A stretch of 52,822 bases of DNA, filler included, from Cetorhinus maximus (lineage: Eukaryota): NCBI RefSeq assembly GCF_964194155.1. It is 4 parts of 4 records of this genome, joined end to end, with 100 filler letters (N's around TTAATTAATTAA, not from the genome) between each part and the next. Parts side by side here need not be neighbours in the genome. Positions count along the whole stretch, not along the records: positions 18,350 to 33,959 come from NC_135910.1; positions 34,060 to 45,811 come from NC_135909.1; 2 more parts are not named here. The stretch is one strand, 5' to 3'. Below the pieces are notes generated by a model. The model saw nothing but the letters and a program-made list of their open reading frames with translations, did not search any database and was not told the origin of the DNA. Shown piece after piece: positions 23,040-35,434 of this stretch. The position numbers were made by a program, and so were the translations under genes. Positions within the stretch are counted from its first letter, which is position 1. Each line of letters begins with the position of its first letter.

Positions 23040-24925
23040 AAGCATACAATGTGGTGAAGAGCAGTGGGAAACCAGGGGATTGGGAAGCCTACAAAGACCA
23101 ACAGAGGACAACTAAAAAAGAAATAAGGAGGGAGAAGATTAAATATGAGAGTAAACTAGCCAGTAATATAAAAGAAGATTGCAAGAGTTTTTTTTAAGAT
23201 ACATAAAGGGTAAGAGAGAAGCAAAAGTGGACATTGGGCCGCTGGAAAATGACACTGCAGAAGTAGTAGTGGGGAACAAAGAAATGGCGGAGGAACTGAA
23301 TAGGTACTTTGCGTCAGTCTTCACGGTGGAAGACACGGGTGACAGCCCCAAAGTTCAAGAGAGTCGGGGGGCAGAGGTGAGTATGGTGGCCTTTTAATTA
23401 AATTAAATTAATTAAAATTAAGATTTTAATCTTACCAACGACTGAGGTCAGGCTAATCAGCCTGTAATTTCCCGTCTTTTGCCCCTCTCCCTTCTTAAAC
23501 AGGGGGAGTTACATTAGTGATTTTCCATTATTAGGATTTTCCATTATTATTTTCCATTATTATTATTAGGAGTCCATTATTAAGGATGAGATTTCAGAAT
23601 ACTTGGAAGTGCATGGTAAAATAGGGCAAAGTCAGCATGGTTTCATCAAGGGGAGGTCATGCCTGACAAATCTGTTAGAATTCTTTGAGGAGGTAACGAG
23701 TAGGTTAGACAAAGGAGAGCCAATGGATGTTATCTACTTGGACTTCCAGAAGGCCTTTGACAAGGTGCCGCACAGGAGGCTGCTCAGTAAGCTAAGAGCC
23801 CATGGTGTTAGAGGCAAGGTACTAGCATGGATAGAAGATTGGCTGTCTGGCAGGAGGCAGAGAGTGGGGATAAGGGGGTCCTTCTCAGGATGGCGGCCGG
23901 TGACTAGTGGAGTTCCGCAGGGGTCAGTGTTGGGACCACAACTTTTCACTTTATACATTAATGATCTAGATGAAGGAACTGAGGGCATCCTGGCTAAGTC
24001 TGCAGATGATACAAAGATAGGTGGAGGGACAGGTAGTATTGAGGAGGCGGGGAGGCTGCAGAAGGATTTGGACATGTTAGGAGAATGGGCAAAGAAGTGG
24101 CAGATGGAATACAACGTGGGGAAGTGTGAGGTCATGCACTTTGGTAGGAAGAATAGAGGCATAGACTATTTTCTAAATGGGGAGAGAATTCAGAAATCTG
24201 GAGTGCAAAGGGACTTGGGAGTCCTAGTCCAGGATTCTCTTAAGGTTAACTTGCAGGTTGAGTCGGTAGTTGGGAAGGCAAATGCAATGTTGGCATTTAT
24301 TTCGAGAGGACTAGAATATAAAAGCAGGGATGTGCTGCTGAGGCTTTATAAGGCTCTGGTCAGACCACATTTAGAATATTGTGAGCAATTTTGGGCCCCA
24401 TATCTCAGGAAGGATGTGCTGGCCCTGGAGAGGGTCCAGAGGAGGTTCACGAGAATGATCCCAGGAATGAAAGGCTTAACATATGAGGAACGTTTGAGGA
24501 CCCTGGGTCTATACTCAATGGAGTTTAGAAGGATGAGGGGAAATCTGATTGAAACTTACAGAATACTGAAAGGCCTGGATAGAGTGGACGTGGGGAACAT
24601 GTTTCCATTAGTAGGTGAGACTAGGACCCGAGGGCACAGCCTCAGAGTAAAGGGAATACCTTTTAGAACAGAGATGAGGAGAAACTTCTTTAGCCAGAGA
24701 GTGGTGAATCTATGGAATTCATTGCCACAGAAGGCTGTGGAGGCCAGGTCATTGAGTGTATTTAAGAGCGAGATAGATAGGTTCTTGATTGGTAAGGGGA
24801 TCAAAGGTTACGGGGAGAAGGCGGGAGAATGGGGTTGAGAAACTTATCAGCCATGATTGAATGGCGGAGCAGACTTGATGGGCCGAATGGCCTAATTTCT
24901 GCTCCTATGTCTTATGGTCTTATGG
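23040..24925 (+). mobile_element. Young CR1 LINE with an internal rearrangement and a 411-codon RT-to-C-terminus ORF (23603-24838)
   Basis: QHGFIKGRSCLTNL, YLDFQKAFDKVPH, GVPQGSVLGP, SADDTK (normally FADD); ends in an (atggtctt) tail. Confidence 0.95.
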
Positions 24926-24929
24926 TGCA

Positions 24930-26280
24930 GGGGGGTAACCTGTTGGGCTTGGATAGAAGATTGGCCAGCTAACAGGAAACAGAGAGTTGGCACAAATGGT
25001 TCTTCTTCTGGTTGGCAGGATGTGATGAGCGGTGTGCCACAGGGATCAGTGCTGGGCTCTCAGCTTTTTACAACCTGTATAAATGACTTGGATGAAGGGA
25101 CCGAAGGTATGGTGGCTAACTTTGCTGACGACACAACGATAGGTAGGAAATTAAGTTGTGAACAGGACATAAGCAGGCTTCAAAGGGACATCGATGAAAG
25201 CAAAATACTGCGGATGCTGGAAATCTGAAACATAAACAAAACGCTGGAAAAACTCAGCAGGTCTGACAGCATCAGTGGAGGGAAAGACGAGAGTTAACGT
25301 TTCGAGTCCGTAAGGCTCTTCTTCAGCTCTGAAGGAGAGTCATACGGACTGGAACTGTTAACTCTGTCTTTCTCTCCACAGATGCTGGTAGACCTTCTGA
25401 GTTTTTCCAACTTTTTCTGTCTTTGTTACAAAGGGACATAGACAGGTTCAGTGAGTGGGCAAAGATCTGGCAAGTGGAGTATAATGTGGGAAAATGTGAA
25501 ATTGTCCATTTTGGCAGGAAGATTAAAAAGAAGCTTATTATGTAAATGGTGAGAGATTGCAGAGCTCTGAGATTCAGAGAGATCTGGGTGTCCTAGTGAG
25601 TGATTCACAAAGGACTAGTATGCAGGTACAGCAAGTAATTAGGAAAGCAAATAAAATGGAATTGTTTATTGTGAGGGGAATTGATTACAAAAGTATGGAG
25701 GTTATGCTTCAGTTGTACAGGGCACTGGTGAGACCACATCTGGAGTACTGTGTACAGTACTGGTCTCCTTATTTAAGGAAGGATATAAATGCGTTTGAAG
25801 CAGTTCGGAGAAGGTTTGCCAGGCTAATACCAGGAATGGGCGGGTTGTCTTATGAGGAAAGGTTGGACTGGTTAGGCTGATATCCACTGGAGTTTAGAAG
25901 AGTGAGAGGCGACTTGATTGAAATGTAATACCCTGAGGGGTCTTGACAGGGTAGATGTGGAGAGGATGTTTCTTCCAGAACGGGGGGTCACTGTTTAAAA
26001 CTAAAGAGTCGCTCATTTAAGACAGAGATGAGGAAATTTTTTTTTCTCTGAGGGTAGCAAGTCTTTGGAACTCTCTTCCACAAAAGGCAGTGGAAGCAGA
26101 GTCTTTGAATATTTTTGAGGTAGAGCTAGATAGATTTTTGATTAACAAGGGGGTGAAAGATTATCAGGGATAGACAGGAACGTGGGGTTGAGGTTACAAT
26201 CAGATAAGCCATGATCTTACTGAATGGTGGAGCAGGCTCGAAGGGCCGAGTGGCCTTTTGCTGTCCCTAATTTGTACGTT
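24930..26280 (+). mobile_element. Older CR1 LINE with a nested Penelope-derived element
   Basis: GVPQGSVLGSQLF..NFADDTTIG; RPHLEYCVQYWSPYLRKD; resumes after 25425. Confidence 0.9.
25195..25425. mobile_element. Penelope-derived palindromic element with TSD
   Basis: Flanked by ttcaaagggacatcga / ttacaaagggacataga; inverted arms with CTGAAGA..GAAAC cores. Confidence 0.75.
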
Positions 26281-27019
26281 TTCTCTTAAAAAAAAGGCTG
26301 AGGGTTGACCTGATAAACATCTTTCAAGATTATGAAGGGGTTCCATAAGATTGTTATCTAAGTGCCAAGCCAACTTGCACAGCTGACCACGGTTTGTCAA
26401 ACTTTCTGATCACAGAACATTTACAGTGCAGAAGGAGGCCATTCGACCCATCGAGTCTGCACTCGCTCTCTGAAAGAGCATCATACCTAGTCCCACTCCC
26501 CTGCCTTATCCCCATAACCTTGCCGATTCTTTCTTTTCAGATAGCAATCCAATTCCCTTTTGAATACCTCGATCGAATATGATCATAACAACAGTGGATG
26601 GGCTCACTGGAGTTCTAGTTCCACCTCCGATTCATGGATGTCATAGTCATAGAGTCTTAGAGATCTACAGCACAGAAAAAGACCCTTCGGCCCATCAGGT
26701 CTGCGCCGGTCAAACAATTACCTAACTATTCTAACCCCATTGTCCGTACAGAGTGAAGCGTTGACACGATTGATCCCAACCCCATTTACACTGTTGTCTT
26801 TATAAGGATTGTCTGTACTGACCATATTTGCCAGGGTGAAAGGGAAACTTGAGGTAATTTCCCATTGCCTTCCTCACGTGTGTTTGAAGGGAACTCAAAC
26901 CCTCTTCCCAGAGGATCCTCCGCCTGGGCACCAGCCGGCCATTGGTCGAACCTCCTCCACCCTCACTGTCACGAGAATCCACCAGATCCACCGTTGGCTG
27001 TAGGGTAGGTGTAGAAATC

Positions 27020-27540
27020 GAGTCATTATAGCACAGAAGGAGGCCATTCGGCCCAACAAGTCTATACTGGCATAAAAACAGGAAATGCTGGAAAAACTGA
27101 GGTTTGGCAGCATCTGTGGAGAGAGAAACAAGAGTTAGTGTTTCGAGTTCTTGGAGAAGAGCCATACGGACTGGAAACGGTAACTCTGTTTCTCTCTCTG
27201 CAGTTTTCCCAGCATTTCCTGATTTTTTTGTTTCAGATTTCCAGCATCCGGAGTATTTTGCTTTTAGTTAATTCCATGCCAGCTCTCTGTACAGCAATCC
27301 AGTCAGTCCCATTCCCCTGCTCTACCCCTGTAGCCCTGTGAGTTTATTTCCCTCAAGTGCCCATCCAATTTCCTTTTGAAATCGTTGATCGTCTCCGCTT
27401 TCACCGCCCTTGTGGGCAGCAAGTTCCTGGTCATTACCACTCGCTATGCAAAAAGGTTCTTCCTCATATTCCCACAGCACACCCCCCACCCCATCCCACC
27501 ACCCCCCCCCCCAACAATTGTGCGGTGGACAAAAACCCAA
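27020..27540 (-). mobile_element. CR1 3' tail interrupted by a Penelope-derived palindrome (27072-27265)
   Basis: cacagaaggaggccattcggccc hairpin; EPFCIASGNDQELA-type CR1 end; same palindrome family as 20753 and 25195. Confidence 0.7.
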
Positions 27541-27679
27541 GAGCCACAAGTATAAGATATTCACTAATATATCCAATACGTAATTCAGTAGAAACATCGT
27601 TTCCATGAGAGTGGAAGTGTGGAACCACAGACAGTAGTGGAGATGAATAACATAGATACATTTACAACATGCTATATAA

Positions 27680-28142
27680 ATACTGTAGCTACAAGAGCAG
27701 GTCAGAGGCTGAGAATCCTGCAGTGAGTAACTCACCTCCTGGCTCCCCAAAGCCTGTCCACCATCTACAAGGCACAAGTCAGGAGTGTGAAGGGATACTC
27801 TCCACTTGCCTGGATGAGTGCAGCTCCAACAACACTCAAGAAGCTCAGCACCATCCAGGACAAAGCATCCCTTTCACAGCATTCATCCCATCCACAAACA
27901 TTCACTCCCTCCACCACACGCACAGTAGCAGCAGTGTGTACCATCTACAAGATGCACTGCAGCAACTCACCAAGGCTCCTTAGGCAGCACCTTCCAAACC
28001 CATGTCCGCTGTCGTCTAGAAGGACAAGGGCAGCAAACACATGGGAACACCGCCACCTGCAAGTTCTACTCCAAACCACTCATCATCCTGACTTGGAAAT
28101 ATATTGCCGTTCCTACAGCACTGTAGGTGTACCTACACCACA
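27680..28142 (+). mobile_element. L2/Crack-type LINE fragment
   Basis: YSPLAWMSAAPTTLKKLSTIQDKA..VAAVCTIYKMHCSNSPRLL. Confidence 0.85.
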
Positions 28143-28164
28143 GTGGGGCCAGAATTTCAGAATG

Positions 28165-29570
28165 TGGGGACCAGGCAGCTGAAGGCATGGTTGCCAATGG
28201 TGGAGCGATTAAAATCAGGGATTATCAAGAGGCCAGAATTAGAGGAATGCAGAGATGTTGTATAGATGGAGGAGATTACAGAGATAGGGAGGGATGAGGT
28301 CACGGACAGATTTGAAAACTGGGATGAGAATTTTAAATGAGTGTTGCTTAAGTGGGAGCCAAGGTAGATCAGCAAGCGCAGGGGTGATGGATGAACGAGA
28401 TTTGTTGCAGGTTAGGACACGGTGAGTAGAGTTTTTGATGGCCTCAAGTTTACAGTGTGTATAATGTGGGAATCCAGCCAGGAGAGCTTTGGAATAGGCA
28501 AGTCTAGAGGTAACAAAGACATGGATGGGGGTTTCAGTAGCAGAAGAGCTGAGACGGGGTGTAGCTGGGCAATGTTAGGGAGGTGGAAACAGGCAGTCTT
28601 AATGATGTTGTGGAAATGTGATCGGGGCCAAATATGGCACCAAGTTTGTGAACACTCTGGTTCAACTGTTGCCGGAGAGAGGGATAGAAGCGGTGGTGAG
28701 AGAGCAGAGTTTGTAGCAGGGACCAAAGAGGAAATTTCAGCTCATCCGGTACTGGTTAGATAAGCAGTCTGAATATTTAGTGGGAAGGTGGAGAGAGATA
28801 GTATGGATGAGAAATAGGAAGGGGACAAGGATAGACCCTTGAGGAATACCAGAGGTAACTGCGTAGGAGCAGGAAGAAAAACCATTGCAAGATGATTCTC
28901 TGGCTACAATTAGACAAATAAGAATGGAACCAGGCAAGTGCAATCCCACCCAGCTGGACAATGGTGGGAGGTGTTGGAGGAGGATGATGTGGTCATATCA
29001 AAGGCTGCAGACTGGTCAAGAAAGATGAGGAGGGACAGTTTGCCTTTGTCTCAGACACTTAGGATGTCCTTTGTGAATTTGATAAGAGCCATTTGGATAC
29101 TGTGGAAGGGCAGAAACCTGATTGGACAGATCCAAACATCAAGTTTTGGGAAAGATAGGCATGAATTTGAGAGGCGACAACACATACAAGGATTGCAGAC
29201 AGGAAAGGGTGTTTGGAGATCGGACGGTTCGCAAAGATGGAGGGGTCAAGAGTTTTTTTTTGAGGAGAGGGGATATGATGCCAGATTTGAAGGAGAGGGG
29301 CAGAACTTGAGGAGAGTGAACTGCTAACAGTATCAGCTAACATGGGAGCCAGCATGGAATGTGGTTGGTCCAAAGCTTATTGGGAATAGGAGTGACCGAG
29401 CAGGAATGGGTCTCATGGACAAGATGAGCACAGAGAAAGCATTAGGGGAGATAGGAGAGGAACTAGAGAGAGATAGACATTCAGGTCTAGGGCAGGAGAA
29501 ACTAGAAAAACACACGAAAGGAATAGAAGGATATGTTGATTGGCTGAGATGAAGAAGGTGGGAGGAGGCT
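28165..29570 (-). mobile_element. Degraded L2 LINE (RT region to 3' end)
   Basis: DPSIFANRPISKHPFLS, SGIPQGSILVPFLFLI, HFHNIIKTACFHLPNIAQL. Confidence 0.8.
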
Positions 29571-31481
29571 TGTATGGAATATAAACACTGGCATGGAACT
29601 GTTGGGCTGAATGGCCTCATTCTGTGCTGTTTTGTTTCCTACATTTCCAGGGGGTCACGGAACTTATCATAATTCAGTCACGGCATCTAGAAACTTCCAC
29701 ACATCCACTAAGGGTGTGGACTTGGCAGTGATATAGTTGAACATGTGCGCTCACATGTTGCATGATGCACCCGAGGGTCTTGAACCATTATTGGAACTGT
29801 TCCATAGTGTTAGTTTGCTTAGTTAGTACAACACAATTGTAACGTGTCTATAGATTCTTGGCAAAGACATAGAGAATTTTCATTTCAAATTAGTAAACAT
29901 TTTAGAAGTGGAAAATTGCTCATTTTTATCTGAGAGTCTCACATCAGGAATTAGACTTTGCAATAACCAGCATTTTGTGTCCAGAATGAAAAGATGGGTT
30001 TTCACATTTTTTATAGGTTAGTTAACCTCAGTATTTCCAATAAATTGAGAAAAATAGTCTACGAAATAAACACAATACAAAAGAGCTAAAATGATCAAAC
30101 CAGCGCATGCTTACAATAACTCAGTGGATTATGCCATTGTTCTCTCTGCTCTTCAGCCATCTTCCCAAATAACTGTAAAAATACTATCACTAGAGGAAAA
30201 AAAATGTCTTCGCAACCAAATTAAATCTTTGTCATGTTCTCACACATTGAGGAAAGGGGGAAGAGCCACAGCAGCAGCACCAAAACCCTCAGACAGGCTT
30301 TTTAAAGGGACAGTGCACGGTAAACGAAGGAACATGAGGAATTGGAGTAGGAGCCAGCAATTGGACCCTTCAAGCCTGCTCCACTATTCAACAAGCTGAT
30401 GGCTGATTTTCTACCCCAAATCTACCTTCCCGACTATCCCCATAATCCCTTGATTCCCTCAAAATCTTTCGACCTCTGTCGTGAATATATTTAACGACTG
30501 AGCATCTGCTGCTCTCTGGACTAGAGAATTCCAATGATTCACTGCCCTCTGAGTCAAGAAATTTCTCCTCATCTCAGTCCTAAATGGCCGACTCCTTATT
30601 CTGAAACTGTGACCTTGTGTTCTAGATTCCCCAATCAGAGGAAATATTTTCTCAGCGTCTACCCTGTCAAGCCCCTTGAGAATATGTTTCAATTAGATCA
30701 CCTTTCATTTTCCTAACCTCAAGGAAATTCAGGCCTTGTCCACTCATAGGACAATCCCCACATCCCAGAACCAGTCTAGTGAACCTTTGTTGCGCTCCCT
30801 CTATGGCAATAATGTCCTTCCTTGGGTAAGGAGACTTAAACTGCGCAGGACTCCAAGTGTGACCTCACCAATGTCCTGTCTAATTGCAGCTGGAGCTCTT
30901 TACCCTTATAGTCCGATACCTTTGTAAAAAAAAAGCTAATATTCCATTTGCCTTCCTGATCATTTGCTGCATCTCCGTGTTAACGCTCTGTGATTCGTGT
31001 ACGTGTACACCCAGGTCTCTCTGAATGGAAACACTTCCCAGTCTCTCACGATTCAAAAGACATCCTGTTTTTTAAAAAATTCTTCCTACCAAAGTGGACA
31101 ACTTCTCACTTTGCCTCATTGTATTCCATCAGCCCTGTTCTTCCCCACTCACCCAATCTGTCTATATCCCTCTGCACCCTCTTTGCATCCTCCTCACCGT
31201 TTATTTTCCCATCTAACTTTGTATCGTCAGCAAACTTGAATACGTTACACTCAGTCGCTTCACCCAAGTAATTGTAAACAGCTGAGGCCTAAGTACTGAT
31301 CACTGTGGGATCCTGCCAGTTACAAGTGTGCCAAATGTCCCGCTTATTCCTACTCCTTATTCCCTGTACATTAACAATCCTCAATCCATGCTAATATATG
31401 ACCCCAAATGCCATGAGTCCTAATTTTGTATTTTAACCTCGAATGTGGCATCTTATTGAATGCTTTTGGAAAATCAAAATA

Positions 31482-31922
31482 CAGGTACCGGACCCCGTAT
31501 CCGGGAAACCCGGGACCGGATGTGTGCCAGATTTATGGGTTTTCCGGATTTTGGGTTGGGGAGCTTGGGGGGAGTGGGGAGAGAAATAGGATAATAATTA
31601 ATTAAAACTTAGAGTCAGGCTGATTTCACTGCCCCAGGAAGGGCTGAGAGGCGGGCCTGGCCAGCAGTGTGCCATTAACCCCGACAGGGAATAAGTAAGA
31701 TCGACCCAAGGAGCAGGGGATCGTCGTGTCACAACCTGGATGTGATGGACAACACTGCATGATGGGGCAAAAACAAAAATAGCTGGAAAAACCCAGCAGG
31801 TCTGACAGCATCTGCGGAGAGGAACACAGTTAATGCACGATGGGGATTGTAGTTTCCAGGGTTGGAGCCAGTTCTCGGGTCCTTCTGGATTTTGGGATAC
31901 CGGATAAGGGGTCTAGTCCCGG
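31482..31922. mobile_element. Tc1/mariner (Tigger/pogo-like) MITE
   Basis: TA|caggtaccggaccccgtatccgg ... ccggataaggggtctagtcccgg imperfect TIRs; inserted at aaata|cacc of the CR1; carries a Penelope-derived fragment at ~31765-31835. Confidence 0.6.
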
Positions 31923-32084
31923 GACACCGCGTCCACTGGTTGTCCCTTATCCAGCTACTAGCTACAACCTGAAACTCTTTATAGATTTGTCAAACACAAA
32001 TTTCCTTTCATTATTCTGTGTTGTCTCTGTTTAATCATATTATGATTTCTTAAGTGCCTCGTTCCTATGTCTCTGATAATAGAG

Positions 32085-32450
32085 GGAGGCGGTGGCGTAG
32101 TGGTATTGTCACTGGTCAAGTAACCCAGAGACCCAAGCTCTGGGGACCTGGGTCCCACCACGGCAGGTGGTGAAATTTGAATTCAATAAAAAAACCTGGA
32201 ATTGAAGGTCTAAAGGTGACCATGAAACCACTGTTGATTGTTGTAAACACCCATCTGGTTCACTAAGGCCCTTTAGGGAAGGGAACCTGCTGTACTTTCC
32301 TGGTCTGGCCTGCGTGACCTCCAGACCCACAGGAATGTGGTTGACTCTTAAATGCCCTCTCACCACTCAGTTCTCAAGGGCAATTAGGGATGGGCAATAA
32401 ATGCTGGCCTTGCCAGTGACGCCCACATTCCATGAATGAATTAAAAAAAA
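32085..32450 (+). mobile_element. tRNA-derived SINE with an L2/Crack-type tail
   Basis: A-box TGGCGTAGTGG; 3' end caagggcaattagggatgggcaataaatgctggcc shared with the LINE; second copy at 42445. Confidence 0.8.
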
Positions 32451-33959
32451 GGTTTCTAGCATTTTGCCTAGTAGCGCTGTTAGGCTAACTGGCCTATAGA
32501 TCGCCATTTTCTCTCTTCCTCCTGTCCTAAAGTCCGAGGTTATGTTTACTGCCTTCCAATCCTTGGGAACTGTTCTAGAATCGAAGGAATTTTCAGGAAC
32601 AAATCCACTATTTCTGCAGTTAGCTGTTTTGAAACCCTAAAATGCAGGTTATTAGGTCCAGGGATTTGTCACCATTAGTTTTTCCAGTACTATTTATTTA
32701 TACTGATTTTTTAAAGTTCCTTATTCTTGCTAGACCATTATTTCCAGGGTGTTTACTGTGAAGATGGATACAGGGTATTTGTTTAATGTCGCCATTTCCT
32801 TACAGTCCATTAGAATTTCCATATGTGTCTGCCTGTAATGGGCCCACATTTATATTCACTAATCCCCTATTTACATGCCTATAGAAATGTTTCCAATCTG
32901 TTCGAATGTCTCTTGCTAGTCTACTCTCAGTATCCATTTCTTATTAACTTTAGTATCAAGTCCTCCTTTGCTGAATTCTAAAATCTTCCCAATCCTTTAC
33001 TCTTTGTGACAACATTATTCATTTAATACTATCTTTAATTCCTCTTGAAGAGAGCTGGCATGGACATGATGGGCCAAATGGTCGCCTTCTGTGCTGTACC
33101 CATTCTCTCTGGGGTTTTTGTGCCTTGAAGGAATGCATATTTGTTGCAAATTGTCTATTAATTCTTTAAATACTTGTCATCATACCTGTTAACGGAGTGT
33201 CCCAATCTACCTTACCCAACTTGCCGCTTGTACCTCGTGGTTTGCTTTGTTTAGATTTAAGACTTGACAAAATCACTTGCAAATTCAGTATAAAATTCTA
33301 CCACATTATGGTCACTCTTCCAAGGAGGCCCCTTTACTACAAACTCCTGCAGCTTTCGTCAATAAAAGAGGGCAGAACCTTTCTCCTTTTCCTTTATTCC
33401 ATATTTTGTGCATCCTCTCTCAGACCAATTTACAATTTTTGATGCTTACTCCTTGCTCCCGTTGGGAAAGCAGCCACGTGTAACCAAGATGCACTGGTTA
33501 TCCTTCTTGTGTCCTTTGAAATGGGCCCAATGTAATCAAGCTGCAGAATTTCTCCGTGGGCCATCGATGCTGGGACATGGCGACAGGAGATCTTAACTCT
33601 CAGCCCGGGATCATACCAGACATGTATGAGGCAGTGATTAATAATGGTCTTTACAGTTTGATCGACACAAGACCACCTTGTCTCCTTCGGTAGCCTTTGG
33701 ACTATGCTATTAGTATTTCTGCAATTTCAGAATTCCATGGTCTTTTGAGTTTCCAAACTCTCTTTCGTTCATGCAGAGACAAGATTCACGCCCATGAATG
33801 CCACCCCCATCCTTCTCCACATTCGCTGTCAGGCCAAAATGCTGCAAAACAAGTTGAGATACTTTTGCTTTTTGTGCCACTTTAGGCTACTTGGGCCATT
33901 CTAACAAAGCAAGAGTCAGGAGGGGAGTGAATCACACAGCACAGGACCAAGGTGGAGCC

Positions 33960-34059
33960 NNNNNNNNNNNNNNNNNNNNNNNNNNNNNNNNNNNNNNNNN
34001 NNNTTAATTAATTAANNNNNNNNNNNNNNNNNNNNNNNNNNNNNNNNNNNNNNNNNNNN
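33960..34059. other. Artificial 100-bp assembly spacer (cuts BSCL2 exon 7)
   Basis: 44N + TTAATTAATTAA + 44N. Confidence 0.95.
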
Positions 34060-34098
34060 ATGATGGCGGACGTGACGGGGAAGCAGTACAGGATGTAC
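34060..34098 (-). CDS. BSCL2: Seipin exon 7, partial (start of second transmembrane region)
   Basis: ttgtag|G TAC ATC..: (R)YILYCFPVTSAI versus human RYLLYNFPMTCAFI; phase 2 matches exon 6; truncated by the gap. Confidence 0.85.
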
Positions 34099-34424
34099 CT
34101 ACAAGGTGGGGGGAGCGGAAGAGAGCCCGAGCGAGTCGGGCAAGAGGGAAAGATGGGAACAGAAAATGGCCAGTGGGGGGAAAGGAGAGAATGAGTGTAG
34201 GAGACACAGACCGAGACGGAGGGAGGGAGACACAGACGGTGGGGAGGGGGACAGAGGGGGTGGTGGGGAGGGAGAGAGTGGNNNNNNNNNNNNNNNNNNN
34301 NNNNNNNNNNNNNNNNNNNNNNNNNNNNNNNNNNNNNNNNNNNNNNNNNNNNNNNNNNNNNNNNNNNNNNNNNNNNNNNNNNNNNNNNNNNNNNNNNNNN
34401 NNNNNNNNNNNNNNNNNNNNNNNN

Positions 34425-34780
34425 AGAGAGGGGGGGAGGGAGAGAGGGGGGGAGGGAGAGAGGGGGGGAGGGAGAGAGGGGGGGAGGGAGAGAGGGGGGG
34501 AGGGAGAGAGGGGGGGAGGGAGAGAGGGGGGGAGGGAGAGAGGGGGGGAGGGAGAGAGGGGGGGAGGGAGAGAGGGGGGGAGGGAGAGAGGGGGGGAGGG
34601 AGAGAGGGGGGGAGGGAGAGAGGGGGGGAGGGAGAGAGGGGGGGAGGGAGAGAGGGGGGGAGGGAGAGAGGGGGGGAGGGAGAGAGGGGGGGAGGGAGAG
34701 AGGGGGGAAGGAGAGAGGGGGGAAGGAGAGAGGGGGGAGGGAGAGAGGGGGGAGGGAGAGAGGGGGGGAGGGAGAGAGGG
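34425..34780 (+). repeat. Pure-purine 16-bp tandem repeat (GGGGGGGAGGGAGAGA)n between N gaps
   Basis: Directly visible; lies in BSCL2 intron 6. Confidence 0.95.
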
Positions 34781-35434
34781 NNNNNNNNNNNNNNNNNNNN
34801 NNNNNNNNNNNNNNNNNNNNNNNNNNNNNNNNNNNNNNNNNNNNNNNNNNNNNNNNNNNNNNNNNNNNNNNNNNNNNNNNNNNNNNNNNNNNNNNNNNNN
34901 NNNNNNNNNNNNNNNNNNNNNNNNNNNNNNNNNNNNNNNNNNNNNNNNNNNNNNNNGGAGGGAGGAAGGGAGGAGGATGGGGGAGGGGGAGGGAGGGAGA
35001 GAGCAGATTTAGCAATGTCCGTCATCTCCTTACATGCCAGCTTCTTGTTGCCCTCTCTCCCTGTGTTGTGGCTTCCACAAGGAGCAGCTCAGTTTCCAAG
35101 GATCTGTCTCCAGCCTCCAGGACTGGGTGCGTTTTCACTGTGAGGACAGCCATCAGGAGCAGGGAGTCAGGCCCCTCACCGCCCGAGGGTAGGGGATGGT
35201 GTGTGGAGGCTGTGGGAGTAGCCCTGTTACTGCCACAGACTGGGATCTGCAAATCACAGGCCAGAAATCATGCTCATGGGGCATGTACCTGGCCAATGGA
35301 GGTTTGTGCTATGGAGTCTGGTTCTGCACTGTAACCGTATCCTCCGATAGTCTTAGCATGTTCGAGGTCCCAGGGAAGTGGGCGTGGGTAGTTCTCTGTG
35401 CCCCAGGGCCAATGTTCTACCCTCCTACTGATTA

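Larger units (their letters stand above)
30330..33320 (-). mobile_element. Old CR1 LINE with nested MITE, SINE and other insertions
   Basis: LKGLDRVDAEKIFPLIGESRT..FRTEMRRNFLTQRAVNHWNSL; FADDTKL (gtatcgtcagcaaac); sequence resumes across the insertions. Confidence 0.8.

Noticed and set aside
32085-32165. tRNA gene
   Set aside because: A-box-bearing head of a SINE; no complete cloverleaf; same at 42445
34008-35143. 300+ aa Pro- or Gly/Arg/Glu-rich ORFs
   Set aside because: Purine tandem repeat plus N gaps; only the terminal YILYCFPVTSAI is real (BSCL2 exon 7)
35022-35252. Putative downstream seipin exons (67-nt and 104-nt AG..GT segments)
   Set aside because: They lie upstream of the real exon 7 (34098) in intron 6, have no clear homology and would need a 42-nt intron
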